Below are positions 17,006-26,451 of a DNA stretch of 64,000 bases, one piece after another. The stretch's first letter is position 1. Each line of letters begins with the position of its first letter. The DNA is from a bacterium (GTDB lineage Bacteria; Hinthialibacterota; Hinthialibacteria; Hinthialibacterales; Hinthialibacteraceae). The stretch covers positions 101,674 through 165,673 of the forward strand of contig JBHGBC010000002.1 in NCBI GenBank assembly GCA_041946805.1, written 5' to 3'. Both the position numbers and the translations under genes were made by a program. The notes beneath the pieces were generated by a model. It saw nothing but the letters and a program-made list of their open reading frames with translations, was not told the DNA's origin and did not search any database.

Positions 17006-18307
17006 CTAATTTTTCTTGGGTTTGGAAGGGGGCTTGGCCGGTTTTTTCTCGGGCTTTTTCTCCGGAGCGGATTTCGCCGCGGGTTCCGCGGGTTTCTCAA
17101 TGGGGGCGGGCACCGGGGAATATTGCAGCAGACGGGGGCGGAAATCCTCGCCGGTCACGGACTGAATCGCGTCCAGGATGACGTTGAGATCCCGGATCAC
17201 GATTTTACCCGAGATTTTCCCGTCCGGCTGCGCCGCGGCTTTCAGTTCCTCCTCGGAAGGCGCGTGTTTGCGGACCTCGGCGAACAGTTTGGGGATGATA
17301 TCGGGATTGTGGCGTTTGACCAGTTCCATGATTTCATACGTGGCGAAGGCATAGCGCACCCGTTGCAGCACGCCCGCCGCCATACTGCTGGAGGTTTGAT
17401 CCGTCGCGCTCTTGGGCTCTTCTCCGATCCATTGGACCAGGCGGACCAGGTGTTTCTTGCCTTCGAAGGGCTGAGTGCTTTGCGTCTCCAAGTAGATTTG
17501 AGCGGCGTTCTCGGACACGTAATTTTTGAGCGACATCCAGGTCAGGTACCCGCCCAGACCCGCGCTGAACCAGCGGATCAGGCAGAGGGAGGGATAGAGG
17601 TTCTCGCGGATCACCATCTCCAACTGGGTTTGCAGGCAGGTGGCGGCCATGATCGGAGGCATTTGGGGGATGTTATTCAACGCCTCGGTCAGAAAGGTTT
17701 TGGCCGCCTCGAGATCATCCTCCGGTTTGTCGTTTTTCAGGATCACGGGCAGCAGGGGCGCGTCGACGGCGCTCTTTTTCGTTTCGCCCTTTTCGCTGAA
17801 GGTGATGCTTTTTTCCATGATCAGCTGGTTGTCCCCCGAGGAGCCCGGGATATACCGGTAACCCGGAATGCTGCCGCCGCCGTCCAGAAAGGCCTTCAAA
17901 TCGTCCCGCCGCCAGATCTGGAGATGCCGCAGGTCGGGCGCGGGATTCCCTACCTCCAGGTATTTGGCCATGACCTTGGGCATGTCGTTCTTCATGAAAT
18001 CCGAAGGCTGGGCGAGAGCCAGCTGCTGCGTCAGAAAGGCAACGATCTTCTCCTGGTTTTTGATCAACTGCTGGATATCGGTGTTGAGGTTCTCGGGATA
18101 TTTTTTGAGTTGGCCGGTGTACCAGGGATGCAATTGTTTCACCATCGGCATCAGATCCGGCACACACTCGATTTTCACGCCGTTCTGGTCCAAAGCCGCC
18201 AGGGAAGGGATCTCCTTGGCTTGTCCGGGAAGGGAAAACAGGATCAGCGCCAACCATCCTGCCCACGCGGAAAAAACCAATCGAAACGGTTGCTGAAAGT
18301 CTGACAT
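17006..18307 (-). CDS. hypothetical exported protein with Pro/Lys-rich C-terminal tail
   Basis: Long ORF with host-like codon usage, signal-peptide-like N-terminus, tail PEKKPEKKPAKPPSKPKKN. Confidence 0.7.
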   Translation of the reverse strand: MSDFQQPFRLVFSAWAGWLALILFSLPGQAKEIPSLAALDQNGVKIECVPDLMPMVKQLHPWYTGQLKKYPENLNTDIQQLIKNQEKIVAFLTQQLALAQPSDFMKNDMPKVMAKYLEVGNPAPDLRHLQIWRRDDLKAFLDGGGSIPGYRYIPGSSGDNQLIMEKSITFSEKGETKKSAVDAPLLPVILKNDKPEDDLEAAKTFLTEALNNIPQMPPIMAATCLQTQLEMVIRENLYPSLCLIRWFSAGLGGYLTWMSLKNYVSENAAQIYLETQSTQPFEGKKHLVRLVQWIGEEPKSATDQTSSSMAAGVLQRVRYAFATYEIMELVKRHNPDIIPKLFAEVRKHAPSEEELKAAAQPDGKISGKIVIRDLNVILDAIQSVTGEDFRPRLLQYSPVPAPIEKPAEPAAKSAPEKKPEKKPAKPPSKPKKN

Positions 18308-18464
18308 GACGGGTACTCCTTGGTTCGTTGGGCGGCCTCGATCGAAGGCTGGATTCATCCGGAATGGAGAGCTTGGGAGATTCACGTTTCTCCACTACGC
18401 TCTACGGTATCGCCGAAGAACGCGAACCGGCAGCCTGAACCGTGTACCGTTGGAGAGCCATGCG

Positions 18465-19145
18465 GTGAAACCCTACGAAGCCTTCGCCCAGAAACCCTTT
18501 CCCCGGCGGCGGTCCCGGCTCGAACAGTGGGCTGACCGCAGCGGCCTGACCCGCCTCTTTTTGCGCGAGGGCCGGCGGCCGCAGGTCCGCGCCGCCGGCG
18601 ACACGATCGTTTCGCCCGCCGAATGCCGTCTGAGGGAGATCCAAACCCTGCGCGGGGGCGGCGAGATCCTGGGCAAACAAGGTATCGCCCGGGCCGAGCA
18701 CTACACCTTCGAGCAAATCGTCCATGGGTTGGAAATGCGCGAGGCCTTCGTGGACGGCTTGTGCTTCAACCTGTATCTCTCGCCCCTAAGCCTGCACTAT
18801 CTGCTCTATCCGGTCAACCTGCGCGTGCTTATGATCCGCCACCATCCCGCTTTTTGCCGCCCGATCTGCTTCATGAAATCGGGCGAAATCCACAATGAAC
18901 GGCTGGTGATTTACGCCGAAAGCGCCCAAGCCATTCCATTGGTGATCGTGCTGGTGGGATCCTTTCTGGTCAGCGGAATCGAATGCCTCGCCGAGGAGGG
19001 CGGCGAATACAGGGCGGGCGAGCTGATGGGCGGTTTCAAACTCGGTTCCACGGTGCTGCTGCTCTTCCCGCGGGACCGGGTGAAACCCCTGGCCCAGCCG
19101 CGCGGCCGCCTGTTTCTGGGCGAACCGCTGGCGCGCCTGGCGTAA
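18465..19145 (+). CDS. phosphatidylserine decarboxylase-family protein (divergent)
   Basis: IVSPAE, LYLSP...H, NER, and GGFKLGSTV self-cleavage motif; GTG start after GGAGAG. Confidence 0.75.
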   Translation: MKPYEAFAQKPFPRRRSRLEQWADRSGLTRLFLREGRRPQVRAAGDTIVSPAECRLREIQTLRGGGEILGKQGIARAEHYTFEQIVHGLEMREAFVDGLCFNLYLSPLSLHYLLYPVNLRVLMIRHHPAFCRPICFMKSGEIHNERLVIYAESAQAIPLVIVLVGSFLVSGIECLAEEGGEYRAGELMGGFKLGSTVLLLFPRDRVKPLAQPRGRLFLGEPLARLA

Positions 19146-19148
19146 GGC

Positions 19149-19760
19149 CTACCGGTACAATCCTTTTTCCTCGATATAAAGACGCACCGGTTCCGGCACC
19201 CGGTAGAGGATGGATTTCCCCGTTTGGACTCGTTCGCGGATCATGGAGGAGGAGATGTCGATCCGCGGCATGTCCACATAGAGGATGCGTTCACCCTGTG
19301 GATCGTACCGCAGGTGGGTTTCGTGCCGGAAATCCGGCCGCGAGAAGAGGGCGATGGTGAATTCGCGCGTCAGGAGATCACCGTCTTTCCAGGTGGGGAT
19401 CTTGTCTTTCCAGTCGCCTCCGGCCAGGAAGAAGATTTCCGTGCCCGGCGGGTAATGGTCCCGGAAGTGGCGCAGCGTGTCGATCGTGTAGCAGAACTGT
19501 TTTTGCCGGACTTCGTAATCGCAGGTTTCGAAGAGGGGATTGGAAGCCACCGCCAAGCGCGCCATGGCCAGGCGGTCCGGGCCGGAGGCGACGTTCCGGT
19601 CTTCCTCCTTGTAATGAGCGTGGCCGCCCGAGGGAAGGAAAACGATCCGGGAGAGATTCAATTCCTCGAGGGCGGTTTGGGCCAACAGCAAGTGCCCGAT
19701 GTGGATGGGATCAAAACGTCCCCCGAAAATGCCTATGCGTTCCCTATTTGGTTGGTTCAC
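19149..19760 (-). CDS. nadD: nicotinate-nucleotide adenylyltransferase
   Basis: GIFGG.FDPIHIGH, YTIDTL and ISSS.IR motifs. Confidence 0.95.
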   Translation of the reverse strand: MNQPNRERIGIFGGRFDPIHIGHLLLAQTALEELNLSRIVFLPSGGHAHYKEEDRNVASGPDRLAMARLAVASNPLFETCDYEVRQKQFCYTIDTLRHFRDHYPPGTEIFFLAGGDWKDKIPTWKDGDLLTREFTIALFSRPDFRHETHLRYDPQGERILYVDMPRIDISSSMIRERVQTGKSILYRVPEPVRLYIEEKGLYR

Positions 19761-19793
19761 CGGTTTCGAGAATCCCGCCTCCCTGGCTTAAAC

Positions 19794-21092
19794 CTATTCG
19801 CGGATGTGCCCGTCTCCCAGGACGATGAATTTCTGGCAGGTGAGTTCCACCAGGCCCATCGGCCCCCGGGCGTGGAGTTTGTCCGTGGAGATGCCCATTT
19901 CGGCTCCCAGGCCATACTCGCCGCCGTCCGAGAAGCGGGTGGAAGCGTTGACCATGACCGAGGACGAATCCACTTCGCGCAGGAAACGCTGGCTGGCGGC
20001 GTAGTCATTTGTGACGATCGCGTCGGTGTGGCGGGACGAATGCCGGCCGAGGTGCTCCAGCGCCTCGTCGAGGCTTTCCACGATTTTCACGGCGACGATC
20101 AGGTCGAGATATTCGGTATCCCAATCGGCTTCCGTGGCGGGACGGACAGCGGGATAGAGGGCGCGGGTCTTTTCGCAGCCGCGCACTTCCACCCCGTGTT
20201 GGATCAAATCCTCCAGGAGATTTTTCAAAAACGCGCCGCTGTGGGCTCGATGGATCAAAAACGTCTCGGCGGCGTTACACACCCCGGGACGCTGGACTTT
20301 CGCGTTCAGGCAGATCTTGTGGGCCATGGCGGGATCGGCGTGTTCGTCCACATACACATGACAGTTGCCGTCGTAGTGCTTGAGGACCGGGATGGTGGCC
20401 AGCTCCACGACCGTTTCGATCAGCGATTTCCCGCCCCGGGGGATGATGACATCCACCAGGCCCCGCAAACGGCACAAGACACGCACCGCCTCGCGGTCGG
20501 TGGTCTCGATGAACGACACCGCCGCCGGGGGCAGGCCGCAATCCACCAGCGCGCCTTGCAGCAACCGCGCGAGGGCCCGGTTGGAGTGGATTGCCTCCGA
20601 GCCGCCGCGCAGCAGGCAGGCGTTGCCCGACTTGAGGCACAAGGCCGCCGCGTCGGCCGTCACGTTGGGACGCGATTCGTAGATCAGCCCGATCACTCCC
20701 AGCGGGACGCGCATCCGCCCCACGCGCATCCCGTTGGGCCGGACGGTCATGCCGGTGATCTCGCCCACCGGATCGGGCAGCGCCGCCACTTCTTCCAGCA
20801 TGACGGCGATGGCTTCCAGCCGCTTGCCGGTCAAGGCCAGGCGGTCCAGCATCGCCGCGCTCAGGCCCTTGGCCTTGCCCGCGTTCAAGTCCAGCTGATT
20901 TTGCGCCTGGAGATCGGCCTGGCGTTCGCGAATCCGGCGCGACGCTTCCAAGAGGGCCTGGTTTTTCAACCGCGTGGAGATCCGGGCCAGGGACACCGCG
21001 GCGGTCTTGGCCTCGCGCGCGGCCTCCTGAACATACGCTTCCACGTTTTGGATCGGGGGGGATTGCGTCACCGCCATGGTTTTCCTCGTCAT
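19794..21092 (-). CDS. proA: gamma-glutamyl phosphate reductase
   Basis: VPLGVIGLIYESRPNV, GVCNAAET, NASTRFSDGGEYGLGAEMGIST.KLHARGP. Confidence 0.97.
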   Translation of the reverse strand: MTRKTMAVTQSPPIQNVEAYVQEAAREAKTAAVSLARISTRLKNQALLEASRRIRERQADLQAQNQLDLNAGKAKGLSAAMLDRLALTGKRLEAIAVMLEEVAALPDPVGEITGMTVRPNGMRVGRMRVPLGVIGLIYESRPNVTADAAALCLKSGNACLLRGGSEAIHSNRALARLLQGALVDCGLPPAAVSFIETTDREAVRVLCRLRGLVDVIIPRGGKSLIETVVELATIPVLKHYDGNCHVYVDEHADPAMAHKICLNAKVQRPGVCNAAETFLIHRAHSGAFLKNLLEDLIQHGVEVRGCEKTRALYPAVRPATEADWDTEYLDLIVAVKIVESLDEALEHLGRHSSRHTDAIVTNDYAASQRFLREVDSSSVMVNASTRFSDGGEYGLGAEMGISTDKLHARGPMGLVELTCQKFIVLGDGHIRE

Positions 21093-21211
21093 TCAGATCG
21101 ATCGCCGGGACAGGCAATCAGCATAGGGGATTCACGGGCTTCGGACAACCCGGATGGTCCAGTCCGGATGGGCGGGCCGCGATGCGCGCATACCTCCCGG
21201 CATTTTCACTT

Positions 21212-24013
21212 TCAATACCGTTCCCGCGTGGGAAGTATACACGAAAGCCTCTTTTCCCCGCCATCCGCAAAATGCAGAATGGCCTCTGCCATTGTTCCGC
21301 GTGGAACATACTGTTCCCGGAACCGGTTGCCCGCGAAGATCCGGAAAAACATAGGGCCATCCACGGGAATGGAAAACTCCCGTTCCTGTTTGTCCCACGA
21401 ATAGGTGGAGGGATCATACCTCATCAACACGGCCTTCCAATCCTCGCTGGGCCGCGAAGACCACACGAATTCCCGGCCCGGCCCTTCCCTTCCCGGTGTG
21501 CACAAGGTGACGGCTTCCAGAGTGCGGTCCTGGCAATCCCGCCCGAGGATCAATCCGAATTCCAAATCCGCCAGGCGGTCGGCGCCCCAGCCGGTGGTTC
21601 CCACCGCGTCCAGATTCACTCCCGCGAACCAGAGGCGGGTATCGGCTTCCGGCCGCGCGATCCATACCGCCAACATGCCGAAGGCGATCAACGCGCACAT
21701 GCCAGCCGATACGGACCACGCGGGAACCAACTTGGGAATCCCAAAACGTTCACGCGATTCGGTGGCTGAGATTCGTGGATAAACAAAACCCGCAATCAGT
21801 ACTATCCCCGCTGCCAGCGAAACCAGCCGCCCGGCCCAATCCACCGGCTCCAAGACATAACGCAATTCAATCCAGCCGTTGCCCGCGGCCACGGTGATGA
21901 ATTTCCCCGCGTAGGGGGATTCATAGGGACGGATGTATTCAAGGATGGGGATTTCCTTCCCATTCTCATATGCCCGCCATTTACGGTACCGCGAGATAGG
22001 AAACCGGACATGGACCGGCTGGGCGTACCCCTCCAGATTCACCGCCATGTAGCCATACTCCATCCGTTCCAGCCGGGCCTGGCCTGTCACGGATTCCAGT
22101 ATCAAAAAAGGATCGTTCCGGTAGTTGCGGTTCTCGTACAGCACATAATCATTAAAGCGATGGATTTCGTCCATGCCCGGCACAGCCAGCACCCGGGTCC
22201 GATTGCCCCGCCCGATGCAATATTTCATGTGCGACAAGGCGGGGCTGGTCCAATCCACCCAGGCGGCGCGGGTCGATAAGACTTGCGTAGGCATATACGG
22301 AGGTGGCACGATGCCATAGCCGTAAGCGATGGGGATCACGCTCTCCATCACGTTTGAACGCACGCCGACGCGCGGGGCGCTGACCGGCAGGAAAAAGGCC
22401 GCATCGCCGGGCGGCAGCGGTCCCCGCGCCGCAATGAGCGCCATCGCCTGTTCGAAAGCCCACCGCTGGCCGGGCTCGGCTGTACCCAGCGGGAATTGCC
22501 CGTCCCGTCCGGGGACATGCGGCAGCACGCGGGGCAAGGATTCCAGCACGGGAAGCATCCCCATCCCGGCGGCGGCCAGGAGCAACGTGGTGAACAGAGA
22601 AACGAACCCGGATGCATTCCCCGCGCCATTTTCCGGGTGGAAAACCGGGCCGTGTATCAACCCGCTTAAACCACGGAGCCTCGCGCCGGTTTGGGCGAGC
22701 AGCGGTTGGAGCATCCCTCCCGCCAAAATCGCTCCCCCCAATTTGGCGTAGCCGGGGAACCGGATCGAACGCACGGTATCGGCATACGCCGTCAACCACT
22801 CCGAGGGGAACCAGGAGTAAAACACATCCTGAATCAACGCCCAGTTCACCAGGGCTGACACCGCCAATCCCATGGCCGCGGCCCGGCCGGAAACCAGCCC
22901 CCACAGACAGCCGCCGAGCATCAAGAAAGTAAACAGGGGGAGGGTGTTGACCCAGGCCGTGCCGTCCCAAATCCCCTCGGCGATCCGCCCGGGTGAGGTC
23001 AATAGCGAGCCATAAGGCTGGATCCAGTCGAAACTCGCCAGGCAAGGGATCAGCCACCAGCCGCTCAGGAGGATCCCCAATCCCACATAGAAGGCGTTCC
23101 GCAAGGCCGTATGGAGAAAGAGACGCGGATTGGGCGCGTGAAAATATAAAACGAGTGTGAGGATCGAGAGATTGGTCACCAACACCAGCAAGGAAAACAC
23201 ATGCGCCAGGATGGAGGCCGCCGCCAGCGCCGCCAGCAACGCCATCCAGCCGCGATGGACGGAGCGGCCAAGGGTTTCGATAAATATCAAGATGGCAAAG
23301 ACCACCAAACCCCCGCTCAAGGCCATCGGCCACACGCCGATCGAAAAACAAGCCCCCCAGCCGAAGAGGTCCATGGCCCCCACGTCCAGAAGAATCAGAA
23401 GCGCGGCCGCCGCGCCGCCCGCCACGCCGAACCAATACCGCCCCGCTGTATACAAGGCTCCGATCAACAGAAACCATGAGCAAAACACGGTGGCCTTGTA
23501 TGCCGCCGGGACCGTCAAAAATCCCAACGAGAGCAGGCGCGTTACACAATACAGCATCACCCCACCAGGAGGATACAAATCGTTGAGGGGCGTCCCGGAA
23601 CCGATGGCCGAGGTCCAGGGCAACAGCGTTCCCTCCCGCCTGACGGCCAGTTCGGTCAGCCAGGCGCGCAACAAATGGGTAGTGTGATCGAAGGTGGCGG
23701 GAATCTCCACCATCCATGCCGAGCGGAACAGGTACAACGACAATCCGGTGAGGATCAGGGGAACACCGCCCTCCCGGATTCCGGATCGCGTCCAGCCAGG
23801 CGCGCGGTCCCAGACGAACAAGACCCACCGCGGCGTCAGGGCCAACAACAGGACGAACAGCAGGGACCGGGATAGATCATGAAAGAAGGCGGGGGAGAGC
23901 AAGCCGGCGGCGATCCTCCCCTGTCCCAGGCTCCAAGCCAGGACGGCGGACAAACCGGTCAATCCGGCATGGATCCCTGCCGGATGTCTCCTCCACCAAT
24001 CACGCCATGCCAT
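21212..24013 (-). CDS. large polytopic membrane protein, GT-C-like (PTPS-related/YfhO-like)
   Basis: DH..H..R, W......G.P....YPP loop, many TM segments, periplasmic domain with W.AY.NG motif. Confidence 0.65.
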   Translation of the reverse strand: MAWRDWWRRHPAGIHAGLTGLSAVLAWSLGQGRIAAGLLSPAFFHDLSRSLLFVLLLALTPRWVLFVWDRAPGWTRSGIREGGVPLILTGLSLYLFRSAWMVEIPATFDHTTHLLRAWLTELAVRREGTLLPWTSAIGSGTPLNDLYPPGGVMLYCVTRLLSLGFLTVPAAYKATVFCSWFLLIGALYTAGRYWFGVAGGAAAALLILLDVGAMDLFGWGACFSIGVWPMALSGGLVVFAILIFIETLGRSVHRGWMALLAALAAASILAHVFSLLVLVTNLSILTLVLYFHAPNPRLFLHTALRNAFYVGLGILLSGWWLIPCLASFDWIQPYGSLLTSPGRIAEGIWDGTAWVNTLPLFTFLMLGGCLWGLVSGRAAAMGLAVSALVNWALIQDVFYSWFPSEWLTAYADTVRSIRFPGYAKLGGAILAGGMLQPLLAQTGARLRGLSGLIHGPVFHPENGAGNASGFVSLFTTLLLAAAGMGMLPVLESLPRVLPHVPGRDGQFPLGTAEPGQRWAFEQAMALIAARGPLPPGDAAFFLPVSAPRVGVRSNVMESVIPIAYGYGIVPPPYMPTQVLSTRAAWVDWTSPALSHMKYCIGRGNRTRVLAVPGMDEIHRFNDYVLYENRNYRNDPFLILESVTGQARLERMEYGYMAVNLEGYAQPVHVRFPISRYRKWRAYENGKEIPILEYIRPYESPYAGKFITVAAGNGWIELRYVLEPVDWAGRLVSLAAGIVLIAGFVYPRISATESRERFGIPKLVPAWSVSAGMCALIAFGMLAVWIARPEADTRLWFAGVNLDAVGTTGWGADRLADLEFGLILGRDCQDRTLEAVTLCTPGREGPGREFVWSSRPSEDWKAVLMRYDPSTYSWDKQEREFSIPVDGPMFFRIFAGNRFREQYVPRGTMAEAILHFADGGEKRLSCILPTRERY

Positions 24014-24567
24014 TCCGTGAATCCCCTTCCAGCCCGGTATCTGTTATATATATCCATAACCACGCGCGCGATGTATACCCGCGCGCGGGTGATCCTATAT
24101 CCTGGCGAGGCAATGATATTCATCCCCCGCATTCACAGGGTGTCGTGCCATTCCGGATGGCAGGATCCGGGCGGCCGGCGGATCGCCCCTTGTCCAATAC
24201 AGTCTAGGATCCTCATCGATTTTACAAGATCCAAATGCCGTGCCTCACGCAGCGGAATCGCAGATCCAGGTGACGTCATCTCCCCCCCGGCCGGGCGGTT
24301 GCATTGAAAGCCGGATCAGAGAGGCTGTATTTTTAGACCATATAAAAATAATTGGCACGGTGCGTCCGGTCTTCCCCGCCATTTTCCCTGAAAGGACTTG
24401 CTGCCTGTTTCATTTTATTTTATTATGACAAAGTCTGTTGATATCACAACAAAAAAGCGCGGGATCAATCCCCGCGAATCCCTTGGGATTCAGGACCGTC
24501 ATCAAGGCAAACAGAACGTATTCTGTGCGCTTAAAACCAACCATATTCTGGAGAGAAGGGGGACACC

Positions 24568-25974
24568 ATGAGCGAGAACAAAGTATCTCGACGTATATTC
24601 ATCCTGAGCGGCGCGGCGGCGGCCATGGCAGGCTGCGCCAGCCTGCAGAAAACCCAAACGGCAGAGACCGCGCGCCGCGGCACGCCGAGCCTGAAACGGC
24701 TGGGATATAAATCACCCAACGAAAAACTGAACGTGGCGGCGATCGGCGCCGGCGGCAAGGGCGGCGGAGACATCGAACAATGCGCGGGCGAAAACGTCAT
24801 CGCGCTGTGCGACGCCGATTGGGACAAGGCGGCGGGCTCGTTCCGCAAATTCCCGAACGCCCGGAAATACAAGGATTTCCGGGACATGCTGGACAAGGAA
24901 CCGGCCATCGACGCGTGCACCATCTCGACGCCGGACCATGTCCACGCCGTGGCCGCCATGGCCTGTATCAAGCGCGGGATCCACGTCTACGTCCAAAAAC
25001 CCCTGACTCATACCGTGTACGAAGCCCGGATGCTCACCGAGGCCGCCCGCGAGTACAAAGTCGCCACCCAAATGGGCAACCAGGGCCATTCCGGCGACGG
25101 CGTGCGGGAAATGTGCGAAATGATCTGGGACGGCGCCATCGGCGATGTCCAGGAAGTCCATGCCTGGACCAACCGCCCCATCTGGCCCCAGGGAATGCTC
25201 GAAGCCTGGAAAGACGGCGTGCCCAAACCCCTGCCCGAGGAACCGATTCCCGGCACCATGGATTGGGACGCCTGGATCGGCCCGGCGCCTTTCCGCCCCT
25301 ACAACTCGGCCTACGCGCCCTTCAACTGGCGCGGCTGGTGGGATTTCGGCTGCGGCGCGCTGGGCGACATGGCGTGCCATATCCTCGATCCTGTCAACTG
25401 GGCCTTGCGGCTGACCGCCCCCATCAGCGTCGAGTGCGTCAAACAAGAACAGAACAACGACCAGACCTTCCCCACCAAGTCGATCATCAAGTATGAATTC
25501 CCGCGCCGGGGGGCCATGGGTCCCGTCACCGTCTATTGGTATGACGGCGGGCTGATGCCCGAACGGCCCGAGGGCGTCGATCCCAACGTCCAGCTGGGGG
25601 ACGGCGACAACGGCTCGCTGTTCATCGGCGCCAAGGGCATCCTCTCCACCGGGACGTACGGCGGCGGCTCGCGCATGATCGCCGGAGAAAACATGAAGGA
25701 TTACAAGAAGCCCCCGCAGATCATTCCGCGGATGCCCGAGGGCGATGACGACTACCGCCAGAAGATCGATTGGATCAATGCCTGCAAGGGCGGTCCGGCG
25801 GCGGGCGCCAATTTCGATTATTCCGGCCCCTTCACCGAGTGGGTGGTGCTCGGCAACCTGGCCCTCAAGTTCCAGGGCAAACTGGAATGGGACGCGGCCC
25901 ACATGAAGGTGACCAACGTCAAGGAAGCCAACGAATGGGTGAAGCGGCCCTTCCGTAAAGGCTGGTCGTTGTAA
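24568..25974 (+). CDS. Tat-exported Gfo/Idh/MocA oxidoreductase
   Basis: SRRIFI twin-arginine signal, IGAGGKG, TPDH.H, YVQKP, GALGDMACH. Confidence 0.92.
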   Translation: MSENKVSRRIFILSGAAAAMAGCASLQKTQTAETARRGTPSLKRLGYKSPNEKLNVAAIGAGGKGGGDIEQCAGENVIALCDADWDKAAGSFRKFPNARKYKDFRDMLDKEPAIDACTISTPDHVHAVAAMACIKRGIHVYVQKPLTHTVYEARMLTEAAREYKVATQMGNQGHSGDGVREMCEMIWDGAIGDVQEVHAWTNRPIWPQGMLEAWKDGVPKPLPEEPIPGTMDWDAWIGPAPFRPYNSAYAPFNWRGWWDFGCGALGDMACHILDPVNWALRLTAPISVECVKQEQNNDQTFPTKSIIKYEFPRRGAMGPVTVYWYDGGLMPERPEGVDPNVQLGDGDNGSLFIGAKGILSTGTYGGGSRMIAGENMKDYKKPPQIIPRMPEGDDDYRQKIDWINACKGGPAAGANFDYSGPFTEWVVLGNLALKFQGKLEWDAAHMKVTNVKEANEWVKRPFRKGWSL

Positions 25975-26010
25975 CCGTACCGGGTTCGTACTACCTTCTC
26001 TCGAGGCAAC

Positions 26011-26036
26011 AGCCGCCGGGCGACCGGCGGTTTTTT
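26011..26036 (+). terminator. intrinsic terminator
   Basis: AGCCGCCGG-GCGA-CCGGCGGTT then T tract. Confidence 0.8.
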
Positions 26037-26250
26037 GTTGGATACCCTTCACTCCGGCCCTTTCCCATATAAGGAAGAGGGAGGGTTGGATGTGTTACGC
26101 GGCGCCAATCCATCCTACTTTTTCACCCCCTCCACACCTCCTCCAATCTGTGGGGGAAGGAATCCGAAAAAACCAGAAGGACATGGCAGGGGCAATATGC
26201 CCACACCACAAAAAGACCGGTCGGGGGGGGTAAAATAGGCCCAAATAGGC

Positions 26251-26280
26251 AAAAAAAGGGTGGGAAACGAGTTTCCCACC
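26251..26280 (-). terminator. intrinsic terminator downstream of ftsZ
   Basis: Minus strand GGTGGGAAAC-TC-GTTTCCCACC-C-TTTTTTT. Confidence 0.8.
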
Positions 26281-26281
26281 G

Positions 26282-26409
26282 GTCACAATCAGGACATCCT
26301 TGGGTAGGGATGTTTTGAGATCCGTGGTTTGGTTTGGTACGATCCGCCCGGCGCGTGTATTGGGCGAGGATGCGTGGGACCCGAAGGTCCCACACATCCT
26401 ACCTGTGAC
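26282..26409 (-). ncRNA. candidate structured RNA (five-way junction), unknown family
   Basis: Closing helix plus four abutting hairpins, one capped by cUUCGg on minus strand; sits between ftsZ stop and terminator. Confidence 0.45.
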
Positions 26410-26451
26410 ACACACCCAACCGTGCGGTACTCGGCGAATCGGGAATCCGGC

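Noticed and set aside
19224..21404. 726-aa plus-strand ORF
   Set aside because: Antisense shadow spanning nadD and proA
24451..24476. Terminator-like hairpin on minus strand between divergent genes, possible attenuator
   Set aside because: Only a 6-bp stem, with no supporting leader structure or promoter
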